NCBI GenBank assembly: GCA_012295275.1 | Contig: CM022671.1 | Coordinates: 34,534,001-34,598,000 of the forward strand | Direction of reading: 5' to 3' | DNA: 64,000 nucleotides | Source of the DNA: Chrysomallon squamiferum | Lineage: Eukaryota; Animalia; Mollusca | Shown: in pieces, positions 41,890-56,274 of the stretch | Numbering within the stretch: the stretch's first letter is position 1 | How the letters are laid out: each line of letters begins with the position of its first letter | The notes under the pieces: model-generated | Told to the model about the DNA's origin: nothing | What the model saw: only the letters and a program-made list of their open reading frames with translations | Database searches by the model: none | Position numbers and translations under genes: made by a program

Positions 41890-44429
41890 ACGAATATGTA
41901 CATAACACACAATTCACTACATATTTTTATTCAGATCTAACTGAGAGAAACGACTGAAGAAATGGAAAGGAAAAAAAAAGATTAATAAACGATGAAAGGA
42001 AATGAAACGTTTAAAGAAAAATGTGCAAGTAATAAAGAGAGAACAACATAAAATAAAAATAAAAATAAAATAAACAAAGAGGACAATGAGTAAAACTGAA
42101 ATTAAAAGGAAACAAACAAATAAAAAGAAAAGCAAGAAATAAAGAAGACAATTTAAATAAAATAAATAAAAGCAATAAAAAGAGACAGAAAAACTAAAGA
42201 ATAAAGGCAGAGAGTGCAATTAAAACAACATATATATATATATATTTTTTAAATTTTGAAATGTAAATGTGTAGGATCTAATTTCACGTTTAGGCCTGGG
42301 CTTTGAGAAAGAAGACAGACATACATACAGACAGACAGACAGACAGAGAGACAGTGATTACTGAAAGGGCGTAACCAATTTATTAAACACAACCTTTCCA
42401 TACTCCAAACATTACAGAGGAAATTCAAGTCCTCAAAGAAAGCTTTTCTTTTAGCAAATATAATAAAACCATAATATAATTACATTTAGAAAAAAGTGAA
42501 TTGGTTTTCAAGGGAAAAACAAATTCTTAGTAAGTATTTGCAGAAACGATTACTGCTATAAGAGAAGAATAAAAGAAACACGAGAAAACCAAGAAATATT
42601 GTTTTACTAACTTTTAGTAAAAAATTTAAAATGTAAGTATTATTTTTCTTATTTGTATTCTTGTTGTTGCTGTTGGTGTTGTTATTGCTGCTGTTATTAT
42701 TATTAATATTATTGTTGTTGTTGTTATTATTATATTATATTATATTATATTACATTACCTTATATTTTATTATATTAGTGGTAGTAGCAGATGATGCTGT
42801 AGTAGTGGCAGAAGTAGTACTAGTAGTATTTTGTATAATATATTATTTCTTATACTCGTTCTGTAACTTATATATGAACATCAAATAACCAGGGAAAAAA
42901 TAAACGAATAATAAAACAAGGAATAATGCTGACAAGCAAAAGCAAACAATAAATTATTATTAATATCCACCATGAAATATGACTCATAATAGCATTCGTC
43001 GATCCGTCTGTCTAATTTATCCTTTAACACGACAGAGAACGTCCACACGGTAAACGCAAACAAACAATATAGCACTTTCATATCCCAAACGCCTTCGAAA
43101 GAAAAAAAAAAAAATCATCACGAAAGTCTTCTTTCGATAAACGAAAAGATCATTTCGCTTCCTTCTCAACACCGAGACATCAAACCGAGATGCAGCAAAA
43201 AAAAAAAAAAAAAAAAAAAAAAGGTAATTTAAATCGAGTCTTTCAAAAGAACCGGGGTTGAAGACTGAGTCGGAGGAGAGAGCGTGACACGAAAAAAAAA
43301 CAACAACAAAACAACCCAGCGATTTTTGGCTTGACGAAAACTGACTCCATTGGCTTTTCGTACGATCGTCGGAACCTATTACTTTGGTAATCCAATTTGA
43401 GTGGAAAGCCAGACGCGTTGAACTAATCACATTGGCCGGGATGTATGGGAAGCAGCGTTATTAGCAAGCAGTGTAGGAGGTTTATAGTTCTGTGAAAAAT
43501 CTAATAAGGATTTGTAGATTTCGTTGTCAGATTTGTTAATAGCTGGGTCGCCTGTTGTTGTCGTTGTCGTCGTCGTGTGAAATCTTTTGTTGCTGCACTT
43601 TGATGGATGATGTCAAAATCAGTTGAGATTTTTCAAATTTCCATAAGTTGTAAACAGCACGCAAGTTACAGATAAATGGATGTCTCTATATTGCTTGCTT
43701 TGTGTTAATAGAAGAAGAAGATGATGGAAATGAAGATGATATTGATGATGATGATGATGAGAAAGCAGAATTAAGGGAAAAAGATTATGATGACGAATAT
43801 TGTCAGTTATCAAAGTGATGATATTCGTCATCATAATCACACTGTGAAGATGAACAAATATTTTAAAAGAATATCAAGAAGAGAAAATAAATGACAGACA
43901 GACATGGAGAGAGATAGATATAGATAAACGTAGTTAAAAATAGCTCACGACGTCATGAATTAAGCTTAACGTCATAATTATATCACTTAGATTGTTAAAT
44001 ATAACATGAAGATCCGCACAGTTCAACATTATACGCAGTCGAAATAGAATTGTACTCATAGCTAAACCTCTGTGACGTCATCATGAATATTATAAATACA
44101 CACACTTTAACAAAATTAATTATGACGTAATAACATGCACGGAATAAACCAATAAACATAAAGTGCTAGAAGGCAAAATGTGTAAGGGTAATAGAACTTG
44201 TATTTCACAATGCTGTCGACAACCTTCCTTAATCTTTTTTTTTTTTTTTTTTTTTTGTTAAGATTAGCTCTTTTGACCACACTAAAGCTTTTCCGTTCTA
44301 AAAAGTAAATATTGGTCACTTATTATAAGGTAAAGAATAAAACAAAATAGTAACTGGTCTCTTTTGCTATATTCACATTGCGAAATGGAGCAGAGGTAAG
44401 AAGCTTTATTTTCTGAAGCTTTAGCTGTC

Positions 44430-44700
44430 AGGGGTGGATCCAGTTTCGTTTTGCAGGAGGGGGAAGGAGGGGAATCTTCAAGAAATTTGAATTATATTTA
44501 TTTATTTATTTATTTTATAGTCAATCCTTTATTTATTTTTGAAAAATCGGCAGCGTCAAATTTGTGTCTGTGATACCACTTAGAATCTGATGACACTTAA
44601 TAAGTGTTTTCCAGTAAGTATATTTACAGTAACGTTAGTTATTCACACGATAGGTACTTGTTTTGAGACCCCCCATGGAACTATTTGTAGATCCGACCCT
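44430..44700. mobile_element. Possible old PIF/Harbinger-like MITE
   Basis: Imperfect inverted ends AGGGGTGGATCCA and TAGATCCGACCCT about 270 bp apart. TSD not clear. Confidence 0.35.
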
Positions 44701-44849
44701 ACCTGTTACAGGTGCAAAGACTGATAAATGGCAATCGGTTAAAAAACATAAGTTAGATTATCTTAATAGCAGCTTAGTATACTGCGTCGGTAACGTTACA
44801 TCACTTTCATTTCATATACACTGTTTTATACATTGTGGAAGTTAATACC

Positions 44850-44850
44850 A

Positions 44851-44941
<91 letters not shown>

Positions 44942-45370
44942 TAATAATAACTATAATATTAATAATAATAAATAATTATTATAATAATAACCATAATAAT
45001 AATCATAATGATAATAATAACTATAATAATAATAATAATAATAATAATAATTACAATAATAATCATAAATAGTCATAATAATAGCAGTAGAAGTAATAGC
45101 AATGGTAGTAGATGTTATAGTAGTTACAGTAGTCATAGTAGTAGCCGTAGTCGTAATAGTAGAAGTAATGGTCGAAGTGATGGTATTGGTGATAGCAGAA
45201 GCAGGAATAATAGTAACAGTAGTAGTAGTAGTAGTAGTTGTTGTTGTAACCGTAACAGCAGAAATAATAATAGTACTAGTAGCAGTAACAGTAGTAATAG
45301 TACAGTAGTAGAGAAACATCACCAGTAATAGTAGTTTTATTAGAGTTTTGGTGGTATTAGTGGTGATAAT
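44850..45370. repeat. Compound (AAT)n and degenerate (AGT)n tract
   Basis: Directly visible. Similar degenerate AGT tracts lie at about 15810-16255, 22475-22950 and 39045-39360. Confidence 0.88.
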
Positions 45371-46688
45371 AGTACTTATACTAACAATAACTCATAATCA
45401 AATGCTACAAACGTTTTAAAAACAAACTGTTTTCATGTAATTAAATTTTCTAGAACAAATGTGACATTATCTGAAATATGAAAATTAATTACGTCCAATG
45501 TAAAAAAAAAACGCTAACTTAAAAGTTTGTGTTTAATTATAACGTTCTGTAAACACTTGATGAAAAACAGCACTGTTTAACAGTTAAAAATGTCTTATGA
45601 ATACGTTGTTATTTGAAAGATAGTCTTAATGAACAGACCTTGGAATGCAAGAAATGTCTAACATACACACACGGAGACAGAGAGAGAGATACGAGAAGAA
45701 ACATTTTGTTTATTTTTGTACGTGTGGGAGTCTGTGTCCAACAATTACAAAACAATTAACCTTCACTTTTGTGTCTGCTTACGGCAAACCGAAACTCACT
45801 TTGCCTAATGACGTTGAAACTACACGTTTTTCAAAAACAGATTAAGAAAAAAAAAAATAAAGAAAAAAATAATTAGATAAAAAAAAGAAAAAACAAAAGA
45901 AAACAGAAAACAAAGAAAGAAAAATAATTATACATATTTAACCTTTCGTGATGTAATGTAAACTTGTTTCTTGAAGTCATTAAAACAATTACATTCTGCA
46001 CTGAGTATCTCGCTTGCCGTTATCAGACTCCTCGTTATAATGATGTGACATGCGCCAAAGCACGACATATTAACGTAGACATAATTGTAACGTTTGTTCT
46101 TTATACAGGAATGAGGGAAAAAAAAAAAAAAATTTGTCATGTCTCTGGTTAGGGCTTATCTGTTCAGGTCGCAGAAGACATTATCGCTCGTAAGACGTGG
46201 TGTTTATGTGTTTCTGAATGATGATCATAAAATAAAACGTAAAGGTCGGCCAGACCTAGTTTTATACATAATATTTCTAATGTTAATTGTTTGGTAGATT
46301 AGGTAATTTATATAAAATTACATGCATGTGTAATATACAAAGGAAATGAATAAAGAAAACTAAAGAATAGATGTACGGATGAATGAATGAATGAATGAAA
46401 TCATATACACGTAATTAAATAATTAAATAATAGCATGGAGAGAAAAAATACTGTAAATATGCTTTATTCTTCACAAATGCATGCAACGAACTATATATAA
46501 AGATATTAACAAAATTAATAATAATAATTCCAAAAACAAATTCAAAAATATAATGGTTGAAATATTAGATTGCTAAAAAAAGTGTCGCGAATGGTATAAA
46601 TTTACAAGAATCAAATCATGTTTTTTAAACAAATGACAACCTATAGATAACAAATAAAAACAAGAACAGAAAGAAATAAGTAGTAGTA

Positions 46689-46754
<66 letters not shown>

Positions 46755-48419
46755 TATAATAACAATAATAATAATAATAATAATAAATATAACTCACACG
46801 CAATATGACGACAGCAGTGAGCGAATCCCGCCATACTGACAGGCAGAGGAAGAACCTGGACTAGACTACCACGAATCATTTCCATCAGAAGATGTTCAAC
46901 TGTTTTCAAAACATCACAGAACACACACACACTAAATCCAGACAGATTTTTTGCTTTCTTTTACCCAGTCTTACAATATAACAAAAATCAGTATGGTCAT
47001 GATACATCTACATTGGACCGAGAGACACAGCGAGAGAGATTAAATGTAAATTTTCAAAAAAACATCACAGCAAGTCCTTAGCAGAAATTCTTTAACGAAT
47101 CCTGCAGTCATAAAAATAAATCACAATGGTTTTTAAAAACATGTACAACGGACTCAGGCTTAAGTATTTAGCCATCAACTGCTTGTTTTAAAAAACAAAC
47201 TACAAAACAATGTAATGCGTGTGGCCTGGTGAGTTATACCGCGTCCAGTAGCTTCCTGCGTTTGAAGCGCTGGACAAAGGAGGTTCAATTAGTGACCATT
47301 CTTTAGCGAAAAGCCACCCCGCAATGACAGGAGGGGGGTAAGGAATGGATAATTACCTAATTAGCACGTTTATGGCGGATTTCACCCAGTTCATTGAAAC
47401 TCTGACATGTGACGTTCTCTACAAATCTTAGTTGTTTTACTTCCTCGCTAATCTGAGGATCTGAAGCTGCAAGGTCGTGTTATAAATTCAGTGTGTGTGT
47501 TGGTTTGAAATGAAAATTTACTCGTACAGATAAAACTGGACAAGGCTCTGCCTCAGAGTTCTTCTGTTTTGACTTCACTAAAATATCAGAAATGCTTGTC
47601 AAATATCGTCAAGTTAAAAACCCATAGCTTGTATGTGCGTGTGTGTGTATGTATGTATATATGCATGTATGTTTGTGTGTATGTATGTATGTATGTATGT
47701 ATGTATGTTTGTGTGTATGTATGTATGTATGTATGTATATACGTATATGTATTTATGTATGTATGTATGTGTATAACTTTATGTGTATGTGCATTTATGT
47801 ATGTATGTATGTATGTATTTATATTATGTATTTATGAATGTATATATGTATACATGTATTTATGTATGCATGTATATATGTATGTATACATATATGAGTG
47901 CAAGTTTTCTTCTTTTTTTTTTTTCTTTTTTTTATTATCAGCATTTCGGAATTTGTTTACCCATTTTTGCTATACTTTTTTCCAAACCAATTTATCAACG
48001 TCAAAGTTAAGTAACAACATGGGAGGACATTTTCATGTCACAAGTTATTACGTAATACAGTTAGTTACGTGTTTAGTGACGCACACCGCACTGAAGTACA
48101 TTGTGCTGTGTTTCGTAATATTAACACACAATAATGACGTACGCAATTAGCGTCAAAGACGGTGAGTTCTGGGTTCGATTCTTAATACCGGCTCGTTTCC
48201 ACAAAACTATAATAATTTTGAAGATGTAGGATAACTGGATTTTTTTTTTTTTCGATATTTCAGTCTTGCTATTTTTGGATGGTTTAACACACACAAACAT
48301 TACTTCAAGCACGAAATCGTTATATAAAAATATCAGAATGTTAAATCTATGAGCAGAATATGAAATATAAATGGATTATTTTTAGACTCAGATCCTATTT
48401 TCAGGTTTTGCCCATATAT

Positions 48420-48495
48420 TTCTAAATCCCCAATATTTCTGAAATCGAAAACTCTTCGAGTTCTAAGCATTGCGGATCTGAGATGATTAAACCTG
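48420..48495. mobile_element. Possible pogo/Tigger-like terminal remnant
   Basis: ...TCTAAGCATTGCGGATCTGAGATGATTAAACCTG resembles, from memory, Tigger/MER46-type ends. No matching other end identified. Confidence 0.25.
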
Positions 48496-48733
48496 GGTAA
48501 TTTTCCTTCTGCCTACGGGTGGGTTTAACATGCAGGGGGGGGACTCTAAGCTTGGAAAAAGTTAAAAGCCGTTTTTAATTCGTTGTAACAGAGAATAATA
48601 TTGTGTAAGAAATAACTGAAATGAAATTAAGCTCGGGTTCATTTGATTATGAGGCCCTAAAATCACTTCATGTATGTATGTATGTATGTATGTATGTATT
48701 TATTATTATTATTACTATTACTACTACTACTAC

Positions 48734-48784
<51 letters not shown>

Positions 48785-49574
48785 TACTACTACTACTACT
48801 ACTACTACTATTATTATTATTATTATTATTATTATTTTGCTTATATTTCATTTTTCCTCAGTTTCTGCCTAATTTGCCCTAAGACACACTAACAACGTTT
48901 TTGCGTGTAAAAACACATTCTAATCAACCAAGTTTCTGACTGGTGGTCAAGGAAAGATACACTCCACAAACATCTTTATAATGAAAGCCAAGGCTCATCC
49001 CGTTAACACAAAACATTACAGAACATCTGTACCTGTATCACAAATGACTTCTTTTCGTGAAAAAGTTCAAATTATCATTTCTTACTGTATTTTTGTTAGT
49101 GGTTTTTTTTTTTTTTTGTTATAAAGTGTAGAAACAAGAATACAAGACGATTCAGATTAAATCATTGTGCTAGGATTCAACGCGGTTTCGCAAAGCTTTA
49201 AAATCGACAAACGGGCAATGAAAGTTGAACGTATTCACACGCATATTGCAGTGATTAGTGAGATTCATTTCCAGTCCTAAACGATCATGCGTAATTTGAA
49301 TTCTGTTTTAGATAGTTAGCAGTTAGTAGATAAAAAATAATAAATAAAGAAAATCCAATAAATTCCGTCTAAAACTGTTCTAAATTAGTGTTTTTCCTTT
49401 TTTTTTTTTACGTTTCGTAGAAACTGGTCTCACGTCTGTGTTTTATAAATTTAGTCTCGACTTACATAGACAACTCTTCTCGTTTCCGATTATCGTAAAT
49501 TTAATTTAAATTTATATTACCTTTACTTTCTTTACTTTCTTTTCTATTTAATTTTCTTTGTTATTGTTGTTTTC

Positions 49575-49606
<32 letters not shown>

Positions 49607-49639
49607 CATTTTGTTTCTTTATTTGTCTATCTATATATT

Positions 49640-49674
<35 letters not shown>

Positions 49675-49763
49675 TTGTACATCAGTCTGTCTGTCTATTT
49701 ATTTATCTGTTTGTTTATGTGTTTATTTTATATTTCACTATTTGTTTAATTATTTATATTTTT

Positions 49764-49806
<43 letters not shown>

Positions 49807-50315
49807 TTTATTTTTATTATTATTATTATTATTATTTTATTTTATTATTATTATTATTTTATTTTATTTTTTTTTTTTTTTTTTTTTTTTTTGCCTTTTA
49901 TTTAGTTTTATTTCTTTACTGTACTGTACTTTACTTTTATTTTATTATTTCATTTCGTTTTATTTTATTAACTTTTTCTTAGTTTATGTCTCTCTTTTTT
50001 TTTTTTTTTTTTTTTTTTTCGTTGCTTTGATCTGATTCTTTCGTTTTCGCCTCGCGTAGATCAAATTCAGAATGTAGTTTGTAACTCTCATTTTACTTTA
50101 ACAGAGTGGAAGTGCAGACTATTATACAACACAAATCTTGTTTCTGCCCAAATCAAGCAGAAAATAAAACAGACAAATTAAAAAATAAAAATTATAGATG
50201 TGGACACATAACATGTTTCTTAAAAGAGATAAATAAAAAAGAAAAATATTTTTTTATTTTTTATACATGTACTTATTTATTTAACTTAAGAATTTTTTTA
50301 CTAGATGATTATATT

Positions 50316-50700
<385 letters not shown>

Positions 50701-51532
50701 TATATAGATAGATACATAGAAAGATAGATAGAAAGATAGATATATAGATAGACACATACATACATACATACATACATACATACATACACACACATACATA
50801 CATATAGATAGTATACATATTTTATATATATATATATATATATACTACTTTTATGTATGTTGTTTGTTGTAAGCATATGTATAGATGGATAGATGAATGA
50901 TGGACAGACAGATAAACAAAGTGACAGCTAGACAAACGGACGAATGAATAAATTACCGACTTTAATTCTCGTAACTAATAAATTTCTGTTTTGTAAAGTT
51001 TTCGACTGGAATCTAATCTTCTTTCTATGCGAAGAGGAAACCGATGTAGGAGAAGTATTAAAATGCAATAAATAGTAAATTGAGACTTGACAAACACGGA
51101 TTACGGGAATCGATTTTTTTTAAAAACTCTTTCTAGAACAGTAAATATACACAGTAATCAAGTATCGGTGAAGAGTTAATCGAATAAACAGTAGATAAAT
51201 GAGGGAATAAAATAACATTAACAGTAAAAATAATAGCAGTAACAACAGTGCAACATTAACCACAACAACATCAACAACTATAGTACTACTACCACTACTA
51301 CCATTAATAATGATGATGATGATGATGATGATGATGAAGGAATAAGTGAAAACATTTTAGTATCAAAAGGTGCCTAGAATATTAACATATATTTGTATTA
51401 TCATCAACAAGGTTATCGTAATTATTATTGCTATCATTTATTATTCTATTCGTAACTACTGCCATCATTATTATAGTTAATACCTACCTATTAATACACA
51501 TATTTACTCGTACAGACATATACGTACACGCG

Positions 51533-51599
<67 letters not shown>

Positions 51600-52212
51600 G
51601 TATACTGCACACTAAAGAAGGATTTTACGCAGTTACCGTCTTGTTCCAAATAATCAACTTAATTCACAGTAATCTTCTTTATGCAAAAGTTCATCTGCAC
51701 GACTGCCATCCATTTTACCTTCAAGTTTTTGTTATCCTGCATTCATAACAATTATAGCTCTCTAGCTTTATCAATGGAAAAAAAATCTTATTTTTCAAGT
51801 GGGTTCATTAACGGGAAAGAAGTTTATGTGCAGCATAAAACGTCTGTTCCTACTTTAAAGTTCACTATGGGTTTTTGAGGGTTTATTTGTGCTGTGGAAG
51901 TCGTTATTATCTAAAGACATCAGCAGACGTTTTTTTTGAGAATTAAAGCTCTCCAGATAAAGTCAATTATTGCTAAATAAGGTCGTTCGTTATTAATATT
52001 AAAAGAATATTGGTTCTAATATAGATAGACACATAGATAGATAGATAGATAGATAGATAGACTGATAGATAGATAGACAGACAGACAGACAGATAAACAG
52101 ATATATATATATAGATAGATATATAGACAGACACAGATAGATAGATAGATAGATAAATAGATATATGTGTGTATGTGAGTGTGTATGTGTGTGCGTGTGT
52201 TTTGTATGTATG

Positions 52213-52244
<32 letters not shown>

Positions 52245-52391
52245 TGTGGATTATATATTTATATTAAAGATTTCTTTCTTTTATTGTACAAAGGTGATAA
52301 GGAGATACGACCCTGTTAAAATGTTCTCCAAAGCAAAAGTTTAATATGTACACTGCCTTGTCACATCAAGCGAGGTGAATCCAGACTACAC

Positions 52392-52850
52392 GATATACAC
52401 ACAAAATTCACCATCCATACAACCAATATTAAAAAAAACACATCAAAGATATACACACAAAACTCACCATCCATACTACCAATATTTAAAAAATAACATC
52501 AAAGATATACAGACAAAACTTACCATCCATACTACCAATATTAAAAAAATAACATGAAAGATATACAGACAAAACTTACCATCCATACTACCAATATTTA
52601 AAAAAATAACATCAACGATATACAGACAAAACTTACCATCCATACTACCTATATTAAAAAAAACCATCAAAGATATACAGACAAAACTTACCATCCATAC
52701 TACCTATATTAAAAAAAAACCCATCAAAGATATACAGACAAAACTTATCATCCATACAACCAATATAAAAAAAAAAAAAAAAAACATCAAAGATATACAG
52801 ACAAAACTCACCATCGGTACAACCAGTATCGAAAAAGCCATCAAAGATAT
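52392..52850. repeat. ~56-bp minisatellite, 8 copies (GATATACAGACAAAACTTACCATCCATACTACCAATATT-An-CATCAAA)
   Basis: Units start near 52392, 52448, 52504, 52560, 52617, 52672, 52729 and 52791, with a variable poly-A stretch. Confidence 0.92.
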
Positions 52851-53931
52851 CTTGTTCTGAACTAAGTCACTGTCGAAAGAGGATCACGAGATTTGATCTC
52901 GCGATCTGTCAGACGATATCTGTCAGACTGAAGAACGAAGCGTTTATTGTATGTTATCAGACGGGATGAGTGCACGCCAGAACCTAACACTAACTGATGT
53001 TATTAGTTGTACTAAACATCACACTGATACCACTAATGTACTGGCTCAGCACTTGTCCGATTACACTTCAAAATGTCACGGCAAATTTAGAAATATTTTC
53101 TCCTAGCTTCTTGTCTAACGGTCGATTACTTGAAACCAAACCTTTTTTTTTTTTTTTTTTTTTTTTTTTATCATTTCTGTTACCTGGATACAGGAAGACA
53201 AAGACTGTGTTGAAAGCAACCAGAGAATGCGAGGTGGGAGGGGAAGGAGGGAGGGTGAGATAAAGAAAAAAGAAAAAAGAAGTGACGACGGATTGATTTC
53301 TGATAAAGAACTGAACTTTGAGAATTATTCTTTGTCACACTGTTGTGTGTGAGTGAGAAAATAGAAGATTTATTGGTTACTGGATTTTAATTGCGTGAAA
53401 AAGAGACATAAATGAATGAAAGAAAAAGGACACAAATGAATTTTAAAAAAATTAATTATTGATTATTATACTTGGTTATCTTAATATGTAACAATGAATA
53501 AAAGATTGAATTATTCTGAAATGAAATATCAGTTTCTGTTAATATCGACTAATTTCGATAGATATGTTATTATCATTGCCATCATCATAATCATCGTTGT
53601 CAGCATCAACATCAACATCATCACAATCATCATCATCATCATTATCATTATTTTTATTATTATTGTTGGTAATAGTAATAGTAGTATTAGCAGGAGTAAT
53701 AGTAGCAGTAGCAGTGGTCGTAGCAATAGTAGTAAGTTTGGAAGTAGTAGTAGTATTTTTAGTACAGATTTGTTATAATGATATAACAGTGCCGAATGGT
53801 TAATTTGTCAACAGAAATATGGTCTTTGACAAACGACTCATGTAATATGGACATCTAGAAAACAGGTCAACGAATTTATGTATGTGTGTATGTATGTGTA
53901 TGTTTATGTATGTATACAAACACACACACAC

Positions 53932-53984
<53 letters not shown>

Positions 53985-54464
53985 ACACACACACATTTGC
54001 CGGTCATTCAACCGATACACATATTCACAGCAGATGAAATTCGTTACAGTTTATGAATTACATGCAATATTTAATATAATTCATTATGTCTAAAAAAAAA
54101 AAAAATCAGATAATTGCTATAAACAAATAAATAATATCTAAAACTGTTATTTTATTTTTTATCGACGAGAGAAAAACAAAAATAATATTAATAATAATAA
54201 AAATTAAAAAAAAAAAAAAAAAAAAGTGTCAATGGCCAACCTTGGTTTAATCTGCATGGAAACCGTACATCTGATTACAACATTCTCGTAAATGTTACAA
54301 ACGTAAATGTGCTCGTACAACTATTTTTGTAGACTGATGTAAATATCTCTGCCTTGATCGAAACATAACAATATTTTTTATAAGTAAACAAAGTAAGAAT
54401 AACAACTATTTAACGACATGTAGAAGAGATACAGAAGTACAGTAGATAAAATACGGAAGCTTAC

Positions 54465-54528
54465 CCCTGAATGCAGCTTGTCTTTTTAACGATGTTTTCC
54501 TCATAAACAGAATCCCATACGTATTCAT
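54465..54528 (-). CDS. First coding exon of an unidentified multi-exon gene (MNTYGILFMRKTSLKRQAAFR-G)
   Basis: Minus strand reads ccaaacATG, 21 open codons plus 1 nt, then donor GGG|GTAAGC. The phase-1 end matches the phase-1 start of 34223-35213 (G+GT=Gly). Confidence 0.72.
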
Positions 54529-54621
54529 GTTTGGTTAAAAGTCTTGTCTCTTTCTGTGTTATTCGCTTCCGTCTTCAGTACATTATCTCGATTTCAGAGA
54601 CACTTTCCTTTCTCCGTAGCA

Positions 54622-54763
54622 CTCGCCTATTTAACCCGTAAGCACTCGCCTGATTCTTTAACACTCGCCTTTCTTGGAGTCCACTCGCCTGAGCCGGAGA
54701 AACGTGTGCTGGCCGCTCTCGCCTCTTTTGGTATCACCTCGCCTTCTTTAAAACTGCTCGCCT
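54622..54763 (-). repeat. Seven copies of AGGCGAG (four as AGGCGAGTG) in the putative 5' UTR
   Basis: CTCGCCT on the + strand at 54622, 54645, 54664, 54684, 54718, 54738 and 54757. Confidence 0.85.
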
Positions 54764-55049
54764 CTTTCAGTGGAAAATCGTTCGTTTCAGTGGTACCTGA
54801 TTTGTTTCAGTAGTAATTCGCTTGTTTTCAATTATGCGTCGTTTGTTTCAAGGCCGTTCATCCTATAACTAAGTCCACGAAACATACGTTGTAAAGCGTG
54901 CAACTACTAACAGCTGGCACACAAACACGGCGAGTCTCAAATTATGGAAGTCCTCGTGAAAGAGAATCGTAAATAACGTAGAAATCACCAGCGCATAAAT
55001 TAACAGCTTGTCACTTTATGAGTTTAAGTGTTTGTCGCTGTTTTCTGCA

Positions 55050-55085
55050 TCGACTGAATGACACGGAACGATTTTTATTATTAGC
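55050..55085 (-). promoter_or_regulatory. Possible core promoter (Initiator) for the long isoform
   Basis: Minus-strand TCAGTC (TCAKTY Inr consensus) at 55052-55057 with AT-rich TAATAAAA just upstream, about 530 nt 5' of the ATG. The motif is short and could be chance. Confidence 0.25.
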
Positions 55086-55515
55086 TCAGCCAAGAAATCA
55101 AATCCCCAAAATACGTTTAGTTTGATGTTGAGTTTAATACGTTACAAAAGAAACACGTGAAACTGAACGGTTTTGCACTAATTAAAAATAACAAGCTATG
55201 ATTTCTTTAAAAATTTTCAAATAAAGTAACAGCTGATATATATTTTTAGATTTATTTGTATGTGTTAATTGCTGAGTATGTCACAGAATCATTTTTTGCA
55301 ATAACGTTTTAATTATATTTTTTAACACATTCAGATTGTTTACGGTAATTATTTATTAAGAATAGTAATACAAAATATATATATTAAAATTAATTAACAG
55401 ATAAACAAGAATAATAAATAAATAAGTAAATAAATAAAAATAAATCAATAAATAATTAATTAATTTAAAAGTCTACATATATATAAATAAACCCTAACTT
55501 ACCAACGAGTAAAAT

Positions 55516-55572
<57 letters not shown>

Positions 55573-56233
55573 CCTAATTCTTATTCCCTACATTACATTT
55601 AACAAAATCCTATGCCCTGATTTAAACAATATTTTATTAAGAATTTCACCTAAAATGATCTCTGACAATTAAATTTAATACAGACGCCAACTTTAGCTCT
55701 CCTTTGTCACAACAATCCACAGAAAATACAAAAATAACTTCCACAAGTCGTATCTGCTGCGTACAATGAAGTACGACCACTAATCCGTTCGTTTCAGTAC
55801 GCAGTAATAGTACTATCGACCGAATGCGGCAGTACCGCAATTAGTATTAACCGGCTGACATCGCCTGCCGAAGCCACGTTAAAAAAAAAAGACCTGTTTC
55901 TATCGAGACTTCTCGTCATGCGCAGTAGATCAATTAGCTAACTTTTTCTTTTTCCGCTTCTTAAGACTAATGTTACGTCACTGTAATACAATACAGCTAG
56001 AGTTGATAAGTGATGTCGTGGATTTCTGCAACATAACCGTCTCGCCATAGGATAAATTCCCCGCTGAGAGTCTCAGTCTGAAATGCTGTAATTCCTAGCT
56101 GAAAATAACGGACTGTGAAAGAGCAGATAAAAAAAAAAAAAAAAAACAGGGCGGATTTTACAATATAAAAGGAGAGGAACGTGACCAGCAAAGGAGATAT
56201 CGTTTATAATACAGTTATAATACGAAAAGTAAA

Positions 56234-56274
<41 letters not shown>

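Noticed and set aside
54544-54813. + strand 89-aa ORF over the CTCGCCT array
   Set aside because: No ATG start, irregular non-triplet repeat spacing, and it is antisense to the putative 5' UTR.
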